DNA from: Lama glama
Lineage: Eukaryota
Direction: 5' to 3'
DNA: 64,000 bases
Assembly: GCA_028534125.1 (NCBI GenBank)
Contig: CM052816.1
Location: forward strand, 30,878,001-30,942,000
The notes under the pieces: model-generated
Databases searched by the model: none
What the model was told of the DNA's origin: nothing
What the model saw: only the letters and a program-made list of their open reading frames with translations
In this document: piece by piece, positions 1-12,700 of the stretch
Layout: every line of letters begins with the position of its first letter
Position numbering within the stretch: position 1 is the first letter of the stretch
Program-made: the position numbers and the translations under genes

Positions 1-1160
1 ACTACGAACAGTTATATGTCAACAAACTGGATAACCTAGAAGAAATGGGTAGATTTACATTAATCCACATTCTTCCAAGACTGCATCAGGAAGACATAGA
101 CAATCTGAAGAGACAAATCACTAGAAATTAAATTGAACAAGTAATCAAGAAGCTCCCACCAAACAAAAGTCCAAGACCATACAACTTCGCAGTAGAATTC
201 CACCAAACATAAGAAGAGAATCTCATTCTTCTCAAACTCTCAGAAATTTAGAGAGGAGGGAGTATTCCTAAATCCATTCTACAAGGCCACTATTATATGG
301 ATATCAAAATCAGACAAAGATCTCCAAAAATATTACAGGCCAATATCTCTGATGAACATTGATGAAAAATGTTCAACAAAATAATAATAGTAAACCAAAT
401 TCAATAATACATAAAAAGGATCATACACCACAAACAAGTGGGATTTATTCCAAAGTTGGAAAGATGGTTGATTATCCACAAATCAAAGTGTTATATACCA
501 CATTAATTAATAACAATATGGATTTTTCCTTAAAAACTAAAACTATTATATGATCCAACAATTCCACTCTAGGGTATGTATCTAAAGAAAATGAAAACAT
601 TAATTTGAAAAGATGCATGAACCCTAATGTTCATAGCAGCATTTTTACAATAGCCAAGATATGGAAGCAATCTAAGTGTCTGTAAATAGAAATATGAGTA
701 AAGAACATGTGGTATATAAATACACACACACAACGGACTATTACTCAGCCACAAAAAAGAATGAAATTCTGCCATTTGCACTAACATGGATGAACCTAGA
801 GAATATATGCTTAGTGAAATAAGTCAGAGACAGATAAATACTCTATGTTATTACTTATGTAATCTAAAAAATAAGCTAATTAATAAACATAACAATACAG
901 AAACAGACTCACAAATACAGAGAACGAACTAGTGGTTACTAGTCAGGAGAGTAAAGGGGAGGGGCAAAATAGGGGCAGGGGCTTAAAAAGTGGAAACTAC
1001 AATGTATAAAATACTTAAACTACAAGGATATATTGTATAGCATAGGGAATATGTTTTTAATAACTTTCGGTGGAGTATAATCTGTAAAAATACTGAATCA
1101 CTAAACTGTACAACTGAAACTGATGTAATATTATACATTAATTATATTTCAATTAAAAAA
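1..1160 (+). mobile_element. LINE-1 remnant: mid-ORF2 (1-~510) joined to ORF2 C-terminus and 3' UTR/A-tail; internally deleted
   Basis: The start translates to YEQLYVNKLDNLEEM (L1 ORF2). At ~510-530 it jumps to 'tatgatccaacaattccactct...' (ORF2 end), followed by a typical L1 3' UTR ending 'ttcaattaaaaaaa'. Confidence 0.92.
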
Positions 1161-2169
1161 ATCTGTCAAGTAATGGGCAAAACATTTGAAAAGACACTTA
1201 AAAAAGTAGATCTGTGGGGTAGAAGTAGGTGTCACAGTAAGGAAGATCTATAAAATAAAACTAATAAAAATGAGGAAATGACTGAAACTAGGGGAGAAGG
1301 CAAAAGTTGAGAAGGTTAAAATATACGAATTTCTGGATCTTCTGATTCTCAAGTCAAAGGAAGCTATTTAAAGTTAGTAAATTAAAAAAAAAGTGTGAAA
1401 ATTTTTCCTAAAGTAGAAAAATAGGCTCCAGAATACTTAAAACATGCAATAAACTTTCAAAATTATGTGCACAATCATGTACAGACACAACATAAAAAGT
1501 GTAAGTTCATATTACAAAGAAAGAACATCAAATCAATGAAGCTTCAAAAAACAAAATATGTAACATAAGAAAGTAGAATTCAGATCAATGACATGAATCA
1601 TTTAACAGATAAGTGTTAAAACTCAAACCTTTAATTTATTGAAAAAAATACTCTCAGAAGTGATCCATGAGATAAATAATTGAATTATTTACAAATAGCA
1701 CGTATTTCAAAGAAAAAGATAGGAAAATTGGTAAACTAGAAAGGCAGGTGAAATATGTTTAGGCCCTTGTATACTAACAAATAAGAAAATTAAGAATCCC
1801 AAGAGGAAAACTGATCAAGGTTTAGTTCCTCAGTGAAAACCATAAACAATCAAAAGCAGACAGACCAACTTAGTTTCATTACTGAAGGCATTTCCATTTC
1901 AAGAGCCACATCGTTCTTTTTAGTTACTGTGAAGACTGTCACACTGTGTAAAGCATTAACCTCTAGAGCCAAATCCTAACTCCTCCCTTTCTTACTATGA
2001 GATCTCAAACTACTTAATTTTTCTATAACTCAGTTTCCACATATATAAATGAATACATTAATACCTGATGATTAATATTTATTGAAATTAGATGAAATAA
2101 TACCCATAAAAAGATTGGTAGAGTGTATGACACAAAAAAGCATTCCTAAATATTAACATTAAAATTTGA

Positions 2170-2700
2170 ATATACTCCAGTGTTTGACATCTGAATTCTT
2201 GCCAAGTTTTTCCTACTAAAAACAATGTTGCAAAGATATTAATATATGTCTTTTGTGTATGTTTTTCTGTAAGATGGTACCTTAACAGTGTTAGAAATAA
2301 ATATGAATTTTATTTTTAAAGTTTTGATTAATAATGCTAAATTTTCCTCTGTAAACATTTCATTTATGTTGTATAAGAATGTTTATTTCACAAACTTGCC
2401 AATGCTAGTCATTATTAATCTTCTTTTAAATTGTACCATTTTGATAAACAAAATAAAACTTCATTTAGAAAAAATCATGTTTTCCTGATTAATCAGGTTA
2501 TTGATATGCTTGAATATATTTGTATTTCTTCTTTAATTACCTAATCATATTTATTTTCTTTTTTCTAGTAAGTGGGTATCTGTATTTCATCATTTTGTTA
2601 AAGGTCTTTATATATTTTAGATATGAATGTTTTTCATATAATATACAGAGTGAGCTATGTGTTTGCCTGCTATCCATTCTACTCCTTGTTCTTCAACTTT
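2170..2700 (-). mobile_element. Old, degraded L1 fragment
   Basis: T-rich; resembles antisense L1 ORF2 3' region ('aacaatgttgcaaagatatt', 'tttatttcacaaacttgccaatgc'). Confidence 0.5.
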
Positions 2701-2721
2701 CTAGAAGTAACTTGTTTCAAT

Positions 2722-2900
2722 GAATGGTTAAGCATGGGCTCTCTGGGGTCAGGTTTCACGTGGTCAGACCTTGGCTCTGCCACTTCTGCTTGCGTGACTG
2801 TGTGCAAATTACTTGACTCTCTTGGCCTCAAGTTTACTTATTTTCAAAATATGTATAATAATATCGGTTACATCAAGTTTTAATGAGGATTAATTATTAG
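2722..2900 (+). mobile_element. MIR SINE
   Basis: MIR core 'cttggctctgccacttctgcttgcgtgactgtgtgcaaattacttgactctcttggcctcaagttt'. Confidence 0.8.
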
Positions 2901-3240
2901 CCATTATTATTTTATTTTTTACTATTCTGAAGGGTTTTTATTTACATCTTGATTAGTAAGTCCTATCCCACGACAAATGTAAGCAGAATTATGGGTTATT
3001 ACTGATTTTAGTTTTCTCCTTTATTTTTTTTTACATTATCTATCATGATCCAGATACTTTTCCCACAATATGAGCAATTAAAATCCAGACAGAGCTATTT
3101 TTCTAAAAGCAGATAATAAAAGATTGTTCTCTGTGTGCTAGTTTCAGTGAAGCAGAAACATGGGCCACAGTGTTTGCCTTTTTGTTAACAACAGAGAGGT
3201 CACCACTATCTATGTGTCCAGGTGAAAGTCTGCTTAGGAG

Positions 3241-3341
3241 ATTTTTCTTGGGGGAAGGCATAATTAGATTTGTTTTTATTTACTTATTTTTAATGCAGAT
3301 ACTGGGGATTGAACCTAGGACCCAGCTATCCCCTCTCTCCC
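3241..3341 (-). mobile_element. Camelid-type tRNA-derived SINE (Vic-1-like), internally deleted
   Basis: 'tactggggattgaacctagga' (B box, antisense); T-rich tail on the left; direct repeat cttaggag at 3233-3240 and 3344-3351. Confidence 0.8.
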
Positions 3342-3689
3342 TACTTAGGAGTTTTGAGAACTGAGTCTTTGGGTAAGCATCTACAGAGCACTTCACACAG
3401 TGGTCTGTAGAAGTCTGTCAGCAAGATAAAATCCAGACTGCTTTTACTTCCCAGTTTCCACAAAACTAGAGCCTAAGAAGCAAAATGCTGAGTATAGAAA
3501 CGAGTGACCACAAAAATGATAGACACACAACAAAGATAAAAAAGTGAAGGAGAGAAAAAGAATAAAAATAAAACAACAGCAAAGGCGAACAAAGCCTTGC
3601 CCCTTTCAAGCAAATTTGCTGGGCAGAGTTCTAGACATTGTTCTTTTCTTCACTGATCTATCCTCCACACCTCATTTACTTTCTTGCGT

Positions 3690-4930
3690 CTGAGAATTTT
3701 CGTGTTGGAAAATGCTTGGGCAGTCATCTCCACTCTTCTCCTTCCAAAAAGCAGAACCCTGGATAGATGCTCCTGGACTTGCATTAATGGTAAAACTCAT
3801 TCCTTTGTGAGCTAGATTGTGTTTTCTTCTTTTTCTCCTTGTACTTTCTAAAAATGAGAATATTCTCTTGTTTTTTAATATATTGAGTCAGATTTGTTTA
3901 CAAATCCTTTCACCCACCTTCCTGCCCTGTGGAACACCAAGAGCAAGAGCACAGAGTCCCCATATCAGAAGGTCATCCTCCAAGTATCCCCTGGCATAAC
4001 TCCACTCAATACCGCTTTTGTAGCCTTCATCAATGTCTTAATAAAACATGGTCCGATGTTTTCTATCCAAGTCACCCTCTCAGAGACATGCTAGACATTG
4101 TCAGTGCTGCCCTTCAGCCAGACAGAGTGATTTAGACACAGTAGTAGCCAGAGTATACTAGAGTGACTGTTTGCCTTGGTCTGGACATTGTATCTTTACA
4201 AGTGCTGCCCAGACCACATTAACTATGAGAAGTTGCATCTGTATTTCTGCCTTATATTAAGCTTGTAATCAGTTTATCTCCTTGGGCTAGCATATAAAAT
4301 ATAATTTCAGTAAACTAAGGCTTTTCTTATATACCTATATAATTGATCTTAAAAATGAACTTCACAGATATAAACTATAACCAGCAAATAGTAAAGGATT
4401 TTACTTGTAACACCTCACTTATTATCTTTAATATACTTACCTCCATACTTATTTATCTGTTAGGAAACAGAGATACTATGAGACTAGAAATTGTGGCAAT
4501 GACTACACGGAGATTAGCAAGGCTAGAGACTGAATCCACGCCTACCTGAGTCAAAGAACAATTTCTTCTCTAATACTACACAGCCTCAGAGTGTGATAGC
4601 GTAATAACCCTTCCTCTCAACATTACTCTTTCTAAAAGTTCGGAAAGTATGCCTTTCAGATCATTATCTGAGTTATTTATAAACCAGTTAAGCATGGCAG
4701 TACCAAGGACAGAGCTCTGTGGCATGCCACCAGGGAACTCTCTTTTGTGTTGGCAATAACCCATTACTCAATACTCTGAGAAAAATAATTCTACCAGCCA
4801 CAAGCTGACCTATTTTTGCAAAAGCCCAACCCATATATCAGCATCCTATGTACAAGAATACCATAAAAGACTTTGTCAGAAAGCTTGCTGAAATCTGAAA
4901 TATTCTGTCTACCTGCAGCACTTCCAAAAT
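3690..4930 (-). mobile_element. CR1/L3 LINE fragments, including an RT remnant
   Basis: ORF 4576-4764(-) GMPQSSVLGTAMLNWFINNSD matches the CR1 RT motif GVPQGSVLGPxLFNIFINDLD; L3-like 3' sequence at ~3690-4330. Confidence 0.75.
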
Positions 4931-5989
4931 TCTGTTACACTTGAGGATAAATTTTGGTCATCATTATTTAACAAAAAAGTACTTGGTTTCAGTCCTACAA
5001 AAAATTTTCAAACCCCTTACAATGCTAGTGTCCACTGTGACTGTGAGAGATAGAATAATTGCTATGATGTACTTTGCCAGAGAACTCCCTTTTTAAGAAG
5101 CATGTAAGATGCTTTAGGATTAGATGCATAGGGCTGGTGTCATATAGAATGTACTTTCCCAACACCTGATTCACCAATTAACTTCAGTCTGGAACCTCTG
5201 ATATAATATGAATTGCAGTTAGTTTGGTGTAATTTTATATATCACTGATGGCCTGAGATAAATATATATAGATAAACACAAGCACTCATATGTGAGTATT
5301 ACTTAAACTTACACACACACGGACACCGTAAGTAGGATTCTAGAATTCTGGTAGCCATTGGCATTGAATTAAATAATTTTGTTTCCTTTGGGCCCTTCCA
5401 TATGCAGATGACTTTTGTTGTCTATCCTCTTTCCTTTATGTAGAAGCCACCCATGAGAAGTGATGGAGATTTATTTCTACTCAGACCTACTTTTCTTTAT
5501 GTTCTAACAACCCCACAAATCTCCTCATCCAAGCATCAGCCACAGTCTCTTAGTGGTGTACTCTCAGATAGAATACAATTGTATTGCCACAGAATCTTCA
5601 ATCTCTTAACTTAGCCAGGCTGTTCAGTAATACCTTGCTTACTTGGTTCCAAATCCTCCTCACTCCTTCTGCATCTTAACTTTGAGAAACATTCTGTGCC
5701 CTCTTACATTCTGTGTATTTCCCCAGTGTTTCACGGGTGTGTATGATTTATCATTTCTGCCTTCAGAATCATTTTGCATCTTTCTCCAATTTTTCTTGTA
5801 GTCTTCCTTTTTGCTATTTGCATTCCAGAATCAGTGTTGCCCATGAAATATTAATCATAAGATAATGAAATGGAAATATCTCTGAGCTATTTATCTCTCA
5901 TGTGGAAGGAAGATAAGATTACTTTGCAGTTTTGAGAAGAAAGTACATTGTACATCTCTTATTCTCCAACTCGGGTCCTCTCAAATCGT

Positions 5990-6470
5990 CTTTCATCCTA
6001 GTCACTGGGTCAATGGCCAAGCTCACATATGTGTACCCTGCTAGCACCTCACCACTGGAGCATCCTGTATCTCTTGCTTCCTTTTCTGGGCTTCTGTGAG
6101 CTCAATCCATGAGACACTTGTGGAAACTCTTGTGGCAGTCACATAGATGGAATCTCGAAGAGTGAGAGAGCTACTCAGAGGTGTCCCTTGACCTATGAGG
6201 CATGAGAGTTAATGGATAAATGCACTTCCCTTTGTTTCTTAAGCAGACAATTCTGAGATTCACTACATATACTGGAAGGTCACAAGATCAAGCCCAGTCA
6301 CTCACAGCGGTAGCAACTCAACTGTGCACCTTTAAAAAATTATTTTTCCCTCCTCTGTTTTACTCTCTGCAGTCTCTTACTTTGGCTCTTTGGGATTGAC
6401 TCACAAGTGCAGCACTTGGAGACAAGCCCTTGTCTGTCACTCTGTCACTAGAGAAACCCAGATTAGGGCA
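5990..6470 (+). mobile_element. ERVL solo LTR (LTR16-like)
   Basis: 3' end 'caagcccttgtctgtcactctgtcactagagaaacccagattagggca' resembles the LTR16-family terminus. Confidence 0.65.
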
Positions 6471-7046
6471 GGAAGCATATGGCCTTCACACTTAGTACAA
6501 AGTGATGTTCATTTTTAGCTCCTTTTTCAAGCAGGAAGTAAGTTTCTTGTGAAAATAGGATTAAAATTCACTGTCAGGTGTCTCAATAACCAGTGACCCT
6601 TCTGGTCTCATACAGAAAATGCAGCCACCAAATAACCAACAAATATAGACACAGAGGACACAGTGTACTCAGAAGAGAAGGCTACAAGTGCAGAATCACA
6701 GCTATTACTAAGCTTATGATGGGACAGATCTTAGAACAGCAAGCCCTTAGACAGAAACCAATTGGTGCAGTCTTGGCTACAGTGTCATCATCATCATCAT
6801 CTTTATCAATGTCCTAAGCCCAGGAGCATCTATCCCAGTACCTATCGGGTGGGACAAGTTGCTGTGACACATTGCCAGGGCATGAAGATGGAACCAGAAT
6901 AGTTCCCTTAGCCACATGGGCTAGTGGGATGATGAACTGATTGCAAATATTTCTTATAAATTTGTTAGATATAAAAGCATACAAGTGTCCTTTAGATCTA
7001 TTTTCAGAAACTACTCTTAAGCTGTTATCCTTTTAAAATCTTAAAT

Positions 7047-7173
7047 ATGTTTAATTTTTATTTGTGGGGGTAATTAGATTCATTCATTCATTCATACAGA
7101 GGTACTGGGGATTGAGCCCAGGACCTTGTGCAACCTAAGCACACTCTCTACCACTGAGCTATACTGTCTTCCC
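7047..7173 (-). mobile_element. Full-length camelid-type tRNA-derived SINE (Vic-1-like)
   Basis: Minus strand reads gggaagacagtatagctcagtggtagag (A box)...gggctcaatccc (B box); perfect 13-bp TSD taaaatcttaaat at 7034-7046 and 7174-7186. Confidence 0.92.
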
Positions 7174-7234
7174 TAAAATCTTAAATTTGAACACCCACAT
7201 ACTAATTATAATACAGAGTTCATAACATGGACTC

Positions 7235-7660
7235 TTTAGCCTCTTTAGGAGGTTTTTGGTGGTAACAGAAATATCACCTTCAATTCTATTAAGGAGTAAG
7301 AACACGTTTTCTCTCTTGTGAAAGAAGACAAGCGCAGTGGTTTCCAGGATTCATTGATCCAGCTGCTCGGTGATGGAAACAAGGGCCCAGGTTCCCTCTT
7401 GTCTCCAGGCCATACCATGCTGTCAGCTGCTTCCTCACACCGGTAACAAGGAAGCTGCAGCTGTCCCCAGGGTCATTTCACACTGCCTGTGTTCAGATGT
7501 AGAGCAGGTACCTGGGGCTTTTTCGTAGGAGTGCAGATTCTTTTAACTTGGATCTCTGATTTCTTATTAGCGAGAATTGAGTCACATGCCCCAAGTGAAC
7601 CTATTGCCGGCAATGGAAATGAAAGCCCCATGGCTGACTCAGACTAATAGTCTGAGCCGG
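7235..7660 (-). mobile_element. MaLR LTR (old MLT1 type)
   Basis: 'ggtaacagaaa...', 'tgagtcacatgccc' and 'ggctgactcagactaat' resemble antisense MLT1J/K. Confidence 0.6.
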
Positions 7661-7733
7661 CCTGAAAGCTGCAGAGTCATCCACAGGTCCAGGACACACA
7701 CTTTCCTGGTTAATAAGAATCAAAAGCTCTTAC

Positions 7734-7903
7734 CTTCAGAGTAAACAAAGCCTGATAGAGAGTCCCCTTAGCCAAATGAAGCTTGTTTTGCTGTATACAC
7801 AGCAGCACAAAATGATTTTTATGCCACAGGGAAAGCTGGCTCAGAAAGATTTCTAGCACAATTTCCCAGATCAAAGTCTTCTCGGCAAGACCCAGATCAT
7901 TAT
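7734..7903 (-). other. Candidate spliced exon (170 bp), unverified
   Basis: Acceptor ttatgctccgtgttcag|; donor GAAG|gtaaga; one frame open throughout (NDLGLAEKTLIWEIVLEIFLSQLSLWHKNHFVLLCIQQNKLHLAKGTLYQALFTLK). Peptide not recognised. Confidence 0.25.
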
Positions 7904-9809
7904 CTGAACACGGAGCATAATGAGGTCACTACAAACAAACTTCTTTTTTGTGTTTATTGGCTTCCATGTCACAAAGTTACACACTAGAGAGGTTCTTTGA
8001 AGTTCAAAAGAGGACAAATCAATAGCTGATGCAACGAACCTGTTGCATACCTTTTAAATTATACCCCTATATAATGTATGTGTTCCATATGTTTGACTGG
8101 CTGTTGTGCAATTTCTGTCCAGAAGTCTAATTGGTTGGCTTGAGGTCAAGCCCAAAATGAGTGAATACTTATTAATGTGCCAGTTGCAACTCATAGTGTG
8201 ATGAAATTCTGACATTTTACTGGGGGCTTCTCTCCAGCTAGAATCTTCTGTCATTTTGACAATTGAATCTCATTTGCAAGGAAAGGATAAAAAAGACAAA
8301 TCGACATCTTGACATCTTCTGACGTTTCTCTGGAGGTGATGAATCCCTGTTTTGGGTAAGTCTCAAAATAATTGAGCAAAGGAAAGTAAATGAGAGAACA
8401 GTTTTCACAGTAGCTTCAGTCTTAACAGTCTGTCAAAGCATCTTGACAGGTTACAAAACAGTGATTTAAATCCCAAATGCAACTCATCTTGCACCCAAGT
8501 GAGGTAGTTACACATGCGTGCTCAAGGCTCATGGATGCATATATCAGAAATATTCTCTAAGGCTGGAGAATGTGCTATGTTTTATTCCCATACTGGTAAA
8601 TAACAGGAAAGAAATACCCATCATCAGAAATCCAAATCACTGTAACTCAGAAAATACAAATTTTCTATTTTTCTATTATTTGAAATGAATTTGATTGACA
8701 TTCAAGAAACAAGACTGACCTTAAGGACTAGTCCCTGAGTTCCAGCTCTGCTGTAGATCACATAAGATGACAGGGCGTTTGTCTTCAGAGGTTAAAATTT
8801 TTTTCATTTATAATATGTATTAATGATTTATTATGTGTCTATGCTTATAGAATTATCATTTTTAACTTCAATTCAAAATTAAGTATATCAAGAATGTTCT
8901 ACTGATCTCTCTTGATTTATTAAATAAACAAACATTTTATTTCCTACAACATTCCCAACAATATTTATGCTCTCCTTGTGTTTCTCCCTTGAAAGGAAAA
9001 ATAAATGTACAATTTACAAATATTGGTTTAAAAAGAACAGCAACATAAAGGTTGCCTGTCACTGACTTCACTCCTTCACTTGATAAATTTTGTGGATAAC
9101 TCACTTCTAAATGTTGAAGAAATCATAATAAACAAGACAGACAGAGTGCCTTGACCCTAGTCGATTGTCCACCCTACACAGGCTGAATTCATCCATGTGG
9201 GTCCTTGCATGGGGACCATGATGCATGAATTGAATGTTAGTTCCCCAGCCACCCACAGCCTGCAAGGGTGTTCAAGGGGCTGGCAGTGAAACTAGTTCTC
9301 CTGCCTCTGGAATTAATATGGTAAAAGTCCCAAGTCCCAGTTTGACTTGTAAAAGGGGAAAGTGCACTCCAACATCACTTTTCACTTTTCAGTTCTTGGA
9401 AACTGTCTCCCTCCCACTGTCTACCTCTTTGAAATATGCTGAGTTATATGACCTTAAAACCTGCTTCAGTAAATCGTGGCATTTCCAAAGCACTACTTTA
9501 AGAAAAGACGTATCAGTATACAACATTAAAAATTAAAGTAAATTTCATCACCAATTAATTGTCCTTTTTTTTTTTTTGCCAATGAGGAAAGGGTACACAA
9601 CTCTCAGATACAAAACAAGCAGCTAAAGGCTGGCGGTTGATAATGAACCAGATCTTACAGAATCTTATCTATGCCCATTTTCACTAAAGAATTTTTATTT
9701 AACTAAGCATCTCAAATCATTCTTCTATTTTAAAGCGAACTCTAAATGTGTACCATTATTAACTGTATTGTCTAAAAGTCACAAACATGGTGACAGTGCA
9801 TTAAGAACT

Positions 9810-9925
9810 TTTTATACTTATTCAACAAATATTTATTGAGCAGTTACTGTGTATAGGCAGTTTTAGGTACTTGGGATATGGAGATGAACAAATGAAAAAC
9901 CCTTGCTCTTGAAAAGCTCACCTTT
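9810..9925 (-). mobile_element. L2 3' end
   Basis: 'ttattcaacaaatatttattgagcagttactgtgtataggca' is the canonical antisense L2 tail. Confidence 0.75.
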
Positions 9926-11039
9926 ATTTAACACCCCTTGAACCTCTTGAAGCCTGTGCTATTATTAATCCCACTACTTAGAAGATAGCATAGTGGGATT
10001 TAGAAGTTAATTAATTTGTCTGATTAAGTTCACAGGCTTTGAATCCAGGTCTGCATGAATCTAGACTTTGAATTCTCAATTTAAATATAAAATCCAACTA
10101 GATCATACATTCTAGGTGACCACAACCTGGTAGTGATCTCCTTATCTTCATGTCTTTAAAATATAAAAAGATATGGAGTTAATTAGGATAAGAAGAATTA
10201 ACCTCAGTAAATCAGTTACCTCTTTGTTGAATCCCCGTTTTGAAGGTTCATGGCCACGGTAACAAACATTAGAGGCTGGGTCCGCATTAAGTGCACAGAG
10301 CTATGGCGCCTGAAAAACTTAGCATCACTTGTGTGATGTTGAGCAATTACATAATGCCTCACAGGCTTGGTTTACTCCCCTATAAAATGGGGTGAACAAC
10401 AGTACCCACCAAAGCAAGCTGCTGTGCAGCTTAAGAAAGGAGGCTGCACGTCCAGAGCTCAGGAGAGTGCCTTACAGGTAGTTCAGATTTAGCAGAAATT
10501 TGACCTAACTCTTTCTGTGTTTATCTCTGAATAACAACATAAGGCAGAAGAACTACCCATACGGCGGTTAACGATACCTGGTACATTTAGGGAGGATAAA
10601 TCGTGGCTGTTTATAGCTCTTGGTTGTTCAGAAACTTAGAAGTTTCTCAGGCATATAACCTTGAGAGGAGAGAGTTGAGGCCTTCATCTTAAAGAAACAT
10701 AATTATGTGCCTCTTGCTTAATTTATAAGCACATAAACTGTTTGTATTATAGGATAGGTACCAAAATTTGTAGAGAATTGCCTTAAATTAAAAATGTTTT
10801 TTATTATCAAACTATTTATGTTTCTGATAAATAATGCATTAAAAATTTCAAGTAGGATTTCTTACTTTCAACTTAAGTAAAAACTGATGACCATATTGCT
10901 TTTCAGTTTTAGCTTTAAAAGGATAATTATCTGCATGTATATGTGTACATATAGATATATTCTATACACACACATCTATGCATCCATATTTAAGTATTCT
11001 TAGCATGTGGGCAGGCTACAAAAGCCGTAATTGGCAAGA

Positions 11040-12700
11040 CTGATGTACCTGACTTTGTAGAAAATCAAAGTTCTACCTGAAAAAAATGCTGCCAACAAGA
11101 TTCTAAAACATATTACAGACCAGAAGAAGAACAGTAACACATATGATATGCAGAATTATTTCTATTCAAGATCAACAGGCTCCAAATCACTAAAGAAAAA
11201 AATGACAGATTTTTAGGGAAAAAACTGGGCAGATGACATAAAGCTATTTAACATAAAGGAAAAACAAAACCATAAAGGGCATTGAAGTATTTGAAAATGT
11301 TCAAATTTCCTCAATTGAAAAACTACAGATCAAAACAAAAAGAAAAGGCCATCTTTTTTTTAACCAATGTGAGCAGTGTATATCAAAAAGTAAGTCAATA
11401 CCCAGGACTGGCAACATATGGGGAAACATGCATTTATTACTCATAGAAATATAAATTTGTAAATCCTCTCTGGAGAACAACTTGACAAAATATTAAACAA
11501 ACATATAACAAAACACTCAAATGCAAGTATCTTTTTATTCACTACCTCTATTTCTAAATTTTATTTTATAGAGATACAGACTATATAAACAAAGATGTTC
11601 AATAAAAAATTTTATCATTGTTTATGGAAGCCAAATCTATGTAAATAGCCATCAAAATAAAAGCAACTTTTATTAGATCCAATGGTATAATGAGTAATAG
11701 ATTAGACTATAATGGAATTATGTCCAAAATATATTAAGAGGGGAGGAAAAATAAAAACACAGGGCAGAGAAACTGTAGTAAGCTTCCATTTGGGTAAAAA
11801 AAAAAAAAAGATGTATTTGAGTGTGAGACAAAAAGAAAAGATATTTATATTTTGTGTCTTATTGTATATTCATTGCATTTTCATTTTTTAAGTTTGTAAA
11901 ATGTGTATTAAAATATTCTGTTTAAAGAAAAAGGCAAATCTAAACAGCCAGAACAGATCATGTTAGAGAGAGATAAACAAAGATGAAAAATAAAAGTGTA
12001 AGAGAGACTGAGGATCAATTAAAGAGGTTTATAGATATTCATTTATTACACAGTCTGGAAAAAATGCTCCAAAAAGATGAAATATGAATAAGAAAATAAT
12101 CATAAAATTTATAGATAAAATAATTTCCAAAGCCAAAGATGCTCAACCTCAGATTGAAAAGACTGAGTTGGATGAATGAAAAAAAAAAAAAACAAAGATG
12201 ACCACCTAAAATACAGCACTTCAGAATTCATAAGTTTAAGAGAAGGGCATAAAGCATTTCAGAGAAAGGAGGAAATATGGTTACCTACCAAGAAAACAAA
12301 TCAGATTTAACATCAGTGATTTTATCTGCCATTCTGGTTTCTAGATACAATGACGGAGCTCATTAAAGCTCTGACGAAAAAGCTAATTACTGACCTATAA
12401 TTCTAGACCCAGCCAAAATATCATTAAGTGTGAAGGCAAAGTAGGGAAGCAAGGACTTTGTCAGCCATGAAAAGACTCAGAAATATTATTTCCTAAGCAT
12501 TCCTCCTTATTTCAGAAGAAAACAAGGATAATAAAACACACAGCGTGAAAAGGAAAGAAGTAACACTAGAAACCAAAGAAAATAAAGCCGTGGATAACAG
12601 CTATGTAACTATCAAAAGAGAAAACCTACCCAAGTTTGGATGGCGAATCACAGATTCCCAAGAAGTATTTCCTTAACAAGAATTTCACTGCTTTGATTGA
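11040..12700 (+). mobile_element. Ancient L1 (L1M-type) fragments
   Basis: A-rich, degraded ORF2 3' sequence ('aaaactgggcagatgacata'), then ORF1-like sequence ('attctagacccagccaaaatatcattaagtgtgaaggc'). Confidence 0.6.

Noticed and set aside
7047..7173. tRNA gene
   Set aside because: A and B boxes are present, but the tail and TSD identify it as a SINE.
8281..8362. Plus-strand exon ending at GG|GTAAGT
   Set aside because: Weak AAG acceptor and stop codons in all three frames.
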